DNA of 40,294 nucleotides from Escherichia phage vB_EcoP-U8. The stretch is taken from the sequence record MT862763.1. The stretch is one strand, 5' to 3'. Shown one piece after another: positions 37,212 to 40,294 of this stretch (position 1 is its first letter; each line of letters opens with the position of its first letter). The notes beneath the pieces are model-generated. The model made no database searches. It was not told where the DNA came from and worked only from the letters and a program-made list of their open reading frames with translations. The position numbers were made by a program, and so were the translations under genes.

Positions 37212-37670
37212 TTAGCCTCGGTCGGAAGTGACCAGTTCGTTAGTGTTAAGCCAGCGCTGCAAGTCGAAACTTGGGCAAGCCTTTGGTGCTACATCGTGGT
37301 GAGCCTTGATTTCTGCCTGAGGATACAAGTCCTTCAGGTCAGCCAGCTTGTTGCGCAGGGAGTTCATCTGGGCTGGAGTGAAGTTAGCTTCAAACTTGCC
37401 CTTAGCGTCAATTCCACCTACAAGGCAGACGCCTACAGACCGTGAGTTCCAGTCCTTAACGTGTGACCCTACGACATTGACAGGGCGTCCCTCTTCCACA
37501 GTACCATCGCGCTTGATGATAAAGTGGTAGCCTACGTCCAGCCAGCCTTGCTGCTTGTGCCACATACGGATGGTCTCTACCCCGATGTCCATCTCTGGCT
37601 TGGTTGCGCTACAGTGAACGAAGATAGCGTCAGTCCGGGACCGTGGGTTGAACTGAACCTTACTCACCAT
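37212..37670 (-). CDS. N-acetylmuramoyl-L-alanine amidase / T7 lysozyme (gp3.5-like)
   Basis: 152 aa; AIFVHCSATKP, WLDVGYHFIIKRDGTVEEGR, PKACPSFDL match T7 lysozyme as recalled. Confidence 0.95.
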   Translation of the reverse strand: MVSKVQFNPRSRTDAIFVHCSATKPEMDIGVETIRMWHKQQGWLDVGYHFIIKRDGTVEEGRPVNVVGSHVKDWNSRSVGVCLVGGIDAKGKFEANFTPAQMNSLRNKLADLKDLYPQAEIKAHHDVAPKACPSFDLQRWLNTNELVTSDRG

Positions 37671-37887
37671 CGTACACCACCAGCTCTACAGCTACGAGGT
37701 TCAGATGACGTTGGAAGCGGTTAGCATCCGTGGTGTGCATCTGGAGCAACTTATGGTTGAAGACGTGAGAGTTACTAATCTTCACGTACACTTCACCCGG
37801 CTTACCGTGAACGATAAACGCATAGCCTACCGGGATTTTATCAATGGTCAGACGCTTACGAACGACCTTAACTTCTTGAGTCATCAC
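37660..37887 (-). CDS. hypothetical protein between gene 3 and 3.5
   Basis: 75 aa ORF tightly packed between endonuclease I and amidase. Confidence 0.45.
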   Translation of the reverse strand: MMTQEVKVVRKRLTIDKIPVGYAFIVHGKPGEVYVKISNSHVFNHKLLQMHTTDANRFQRHLNLVAVELVVYDGE

Positions 37888-38336
37888 TTAACTCCTTTCT
37901 TCTTGGGGATGAGTATACCTGAAGGCAGACGTACAGTCGCCTCTCGCAGCCACTCAACCGGGATGAACTTATCGGCATACTTATAGCCGTTCTTTTCGCA
38001 CCATGCGCCATACGTGGTCGGAGACCCTTTGTATAGCTTGGAGCGTGAACTTGAGAACACGAACCGGATGTCTAACTCTGGGTGCTGTTCTCGTACCAGA
38101 AGGTGCTTCTTACGGTCATCACTATCGAAGATACCTTTGGTCTCCACGATGATACCGTTGGGAAGGATAAAATCTGGTGTGTACTTGTGGTCGGAAGCCG
38201 GAATCACATAGTTGATATAATGGCTTTCGTACTCCGCTTTGACGCCGTTCTGTTCCAGCCACTGCTGGTTCTTGGCTTCAAGTCCAGAGCGGTAGGCACC
38301 CACAGAGTGCCCCCGTTTTGCAGACCATTGGGCCAT
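37884..38336 (-). CDS. Endonuclease I (gp3-like Holliday junction resolvase)
   Basis: 150 aa; YTPDFILPNGIIVETKG, DDRKKHLLVREQHPELDIRFVFSSS match T7 gp3 as recalled. Confidence 0.95.
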   Translation of the reverse strand: MAQWSAKRGHSVGAYRSGLEAKNQQWLEQNGVKAEYESHYINYVIPASDHKYTPDFILPNGIIVETKGIFDSDDRKKHLLVREQHPELDIRFVFSSSRSKLYKGSPTTYGAWCEKNGYKYADKFIPVEWLREATVRLPSGILIPKKKGVK

Positions 38337-39034
38337 TAGAAGTCGTAATCGCCACCAGGGTTGGAGTCGTCACCACCTTCGGAACCATCGTCACCGAAGT
38401 CATCACCACCGAAGTCACCAACGGTTGACGCTTTGTAGCCAGTACCAAGGTCTTCATCATCACCCCAGCCACCATCGCCACCAGCACCATCGCCTTTCCA
38501 CTCCTTCAGTTCTACCAGAAGGCAGGACTCAAGCTGGAGCTTAACGCTTGCACCAGTCGCAGCGTTCCACTTGAACGGCAGGACTTTAAACTTGACCTTC
38601 AGCTTAGACCCAGCGCAGATATTCGGGACGTCACGGATGAGTTTAGCATCGGTGTCGTAGAACCGTAATACGATAGGCTCGGACTTGCCGTCTTTCAGGT
38701 AAGACGCAAAGCATTTAAACTTAAGGGTAACAGTACCGTCACCATTCTCAATCCACGGCATGTCGCCTTCTCGTGGTTCAATAGGCTTCTTGCCACGCTG
38801 AACCTGAGGTGGGTTCTTCTCGTGGTCTGCGAGTGCTTTTGCATACGCATCGTCGTGAATCTTCTGTAAGACATCAATCATCTTACGGACCTTATGGTTG
38901 CTCAGGTCGAATGTCAGGTTAACCTTATGCTCACCACGCTCGTTAAACTTGGTGTCTGCTTTGTTCAGCCATGCGTAAGGCTCAACGATACCAGCTACCG
39001 GAGTGGTGAAAGTCTTCAGTTGCTCTTTAGCCAT
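38336..39034 (-). CDS. Single-stranded DNA-binding protein (gp2.5-like)
   Basis: 232 aa; matches T7 gp2.5 as recalled incl. acidic C-terminus ending DF. Confidence 0.95.
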   Translation of the reverse strand: MAKEQLKTFTTPVAGIVEPYAWLNKADTKFNERGEHKVNLTFDLSNHKVRKMIDVLQKIHDDAYAKALADHEKNPPQVQRGKKPIEPREGDMPWIENGDGTVTLKFKCFASYLKDGKSEPIVLRFYDTDAKLIRDVPNICAGSKLKVKFKVLPFKWNAATGASVKLQLESCLLVELKEWKGDGAGGDGGWGDDEDLGTGYKASTVGDFGGDDFGDDGSEGGDDSNPGGDYDF

Positions 39035-39074
39035 CGGTGTAAATCTCCTAATTTAAAAGTTACTAACTGGACGT

Positions 39075-39097
39075 CTGTCCTACAGTGATAGTTTAGG
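39075..39097 (-). promoter_or_regulatory. Phage promoter (phi2.5 position), one-base variant
   Basis: CCTACAGTGATAGTTTAG at 39079..39096; overlaps gp2 stop. Confidence 0.65.
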
Positions 39098-39251
39098 TCT
39101 CAGGGCGAATCCGTCCGACCACAAACCCAGCGTCCTCATACTCTTGGGACTTCAGGGTAGCCTCTTCAAGAGACTTTGCGTACAACGGAACCTCGAAGGA
39201 CTGAACGTGACCCTCAAGCTCCACGATGTATTTCTTTTCTTCAAGGCTCAT
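39093..39251 (-). CDS. gp2-like host RNA polymerase inhibitor
   Basis: [14 protein letters not shown]...[10 protein letters not shown] resembles T7 gp2; start set at Met with AGGAG SD (ORF track extends to 39314). Confidence 0.7.
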   Translation of the reverse strand: MSLEEKKYIVELEGHVQSFEVPLYAKSLEEATLKSQEYEDAGFVVGRIRPET

Positions 39252-39329
39252 AGCCCTTTCTCCTTCCACATATGGTACATGGACAGGTAGTCCACATTCC
39301 CGGTTGAGACCCACTGTCTAAAACACCAA

Positions 39330-39668
39330 CTACTTGGAGTCATAGCACTTACCTTTGTGCAGGTCGAATAGCTCCTGATAGAAGGCTGCTTTGTTCAAGT
39401 CCTTCTCCATAGTAGCCATCTCGGACTTCTTACCAGCCCGGAGTCTATACTTCAGGACGTTACCCATGCAGAACCCACGGAACTCACTCACAGTCATTGA
39501 CCGTGCGATAATCTCAATGGATTCCACGCCATCAAAGACCTTATAGTGGGACGGCTTGCGGACGCCATCAATTTCTTGTAGTTTGTTACCTACAAGTTTA
39601 CCAACGTGCGGGAAGCGGTCGTCACCATTACATGCTTCACAGTATGTGGTGCTATCACAGTATGTCAT
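39330..39668 (-). CDS. gp1.7-like nucleotide kinase (short form)
   Basis: KPSHYKVFDGVESIEIIARSMTVSEFRGFCMGNVLKYRLRAGKKSE matches C-terminal part of T7 gp1.7 as recalled; 112 aa vs 196 in T7. Confidence 0.75.
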   Translation of the reverse strand: MTYCDSTTYCEACNGDDRFPHVGKLVGNKLQEIDGVRKPSHYKVFDGVESIEIIARSMTVSEFRGFCMGNVLKYRLRAGKKSEMATMEKDLNKAAFYQELFDLHKGKCYDSK

Positions 39669-39922
39669 CAGAGCGCCTCCTTAATTACCAGAAGTGCCAG
39701 CTTAATGCGAGGCCATTTTGTAATGACCACAGGCACATCAACTTGTTCTTTATCCATAGCCTTCAGCATAGACTTGCGGGTGACTAGCGCATGAACTGCT
39801 GGAGACAGAGCCACTGTCTTACCAAAGCGTGGTAATGGTTGATTAGCTTTATGGAAGCTGAATGGGCTATGCGACAGGTGGAAGCTTCGAGTAAATCGGT
39901 TGAACATTAAGTTTTTAGACAT
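39668..39922 (-). CDS. gp1.6-like protein
   Basis: 84 aa; weak resemblance to T7 gp1.6 and position. Confidence 0.45.
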   Translation of the reverse strand: MSKNLMFNRFTRSFHLSHSPFSFHKANQPLPRFGKTVALSPAVHALVTRKSMLKAMDKEQVDVPVVITKWPRIKLALLVIKEAL

Positions 39923-39947
39923 AAGGTTTCTCCTTTGGTCGGTTAGG

Positions 39948-39970
39948 GTTGTCCTATAGTGATAGCTTAG
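39948..39970 (-). promoter_or_regulatory. Phage promoter (phi1.5/1.6 position), one-base variant
   Basis: CCTATAGTGATAGCTTAGG at 39952..39970. Confidence 0.65.
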
Positions 39971-39986
39971 GGTCTAGCTGGTGGCC

Positions 39987-40023
39987 CAGAAGCAAAGAAA
40001 CCCAGCAGTCCTAAGACCACTGG
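39987..40023 (-). terminator. Candidate rho-independent terminator (early terminator TE equivalent)
   Basis: RC: CCCAGTGGTC-TTAG-GACTGCTGGG (10-bp stem incl. two G-U) followed by TTTCTTTGCTTCT. Confidence 0.5.
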
Positions 40024-40030
40024 GTTGACG

Positions 40031-40210
40031 TTAACGCATCTTAAAGTTGTTCACCTTAGCAGCCTTACGGTAGCGATGACTCATGGTTGATATTGTCTCT
40101 TCATCGTAGTAGGACTTGGCCCACTTCTTGAGTTTACGATACCACAGCTCGCCATTTACCACAGCGTAGAGTTGACCACTTGCTATGTTGATATAAAGTT
40201 GTGTACTCAT
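40031..40210 (-). CDS. hypothetical small basic protein (gene 1.4/1.5 position)
   Basis: ATG at 40208-40210 overlaps ligase stop (TCATGA); MSTQLYINIASGQLYAVVNGELWYRKLKKW... Confidence 0.45.
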   Translation of the reverse strand: MSTQLYINIASGQLYAVVNGELWYRKLKKWAKSYYDEETISTMSHRYRKAAKVNNFKMR

Positions 40211-40294
40211 GACTTCACCGTGGGGTTGTCTTCGGTTCCACGCCAGCACTTGAAGCTGGGGTGACGAAGGGAGCCATCAGGGAACCGCTCCATT
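40207..40294 (-). CDS. DNA ligase C-terminal fragment (continuation of the gene at 1..982)
   Basis: RC translation MERFPDGSLRHPSFKCWRGTEDNPTVKS* matches T7 ligase C-terminus (MEETPDGSLRHPSFVMFRGTEDNP) as recalled. Confidence 0.8.
   Translation of the reverse strand, partial: MERFPDGSLRHPSFKCWRGTEDNPTVKS

Overview
The window is a nearly complete T7-like podophage genome (Autographiviridae, T7 gene order), about 40.3 kb, with essentially every gene on the minus strand. It is circularly permuted: the DNA ligase gene starts at 982, runs off position 1, and its last codons reappear at 40207..40294 (about 20 nt appear to be missing at the junction). Read high to low coordinates the order is: ligase tail, gene 1.4-1.7 equivalents, gp2, SSB (2.5), endonuclease I (3), amidase/lysozyme (3.5), a tRNA-like gene, primase-helicase (4), DNA polymerase (5), HNH endonuclease, gp5.5, gp5.7, exonuclease (6), gp6.5/6.7/7/7.3, portal (8), scaffold (9), capsid 10A/10B, T-phi-like terminator, gp11, a DUF3850-like insert, gp12, gp13, endonuclease VII-like, gp14, gp15, a second HNH, gp16, tail fiber (17), holin, small terminase, a second endonuclease VII-like, Rz/Rz1, large terminase (19), then the genome-end/concatemer-junction region with short tandem repeats, the early region (unknown early proteins, a gp0.7-like kinase), RNA polymerase (1), gp1.1, gp1.2 and the ligase 5' part. 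Eleven copies of a phage promoter (consensus on the transcribed strand CTAAACTATCACTATAGG, the phi10 copy continuing GGAGA) sit at the T7-equivalent positions plus one directly upstream of the RNA polymerase gene. All protein identifications rest on my recollection of T7 protein sequences and motifs, not on a database search. No integrase, CRISPR array or rRNA was seen. The most notable non-core content is four free-standing homing-endonuclease-like genes, a tRNA-like gene, a tail fiber with a non-T7 distal domain and chaperone-like C-terminus, and a block of unassigned early genes.
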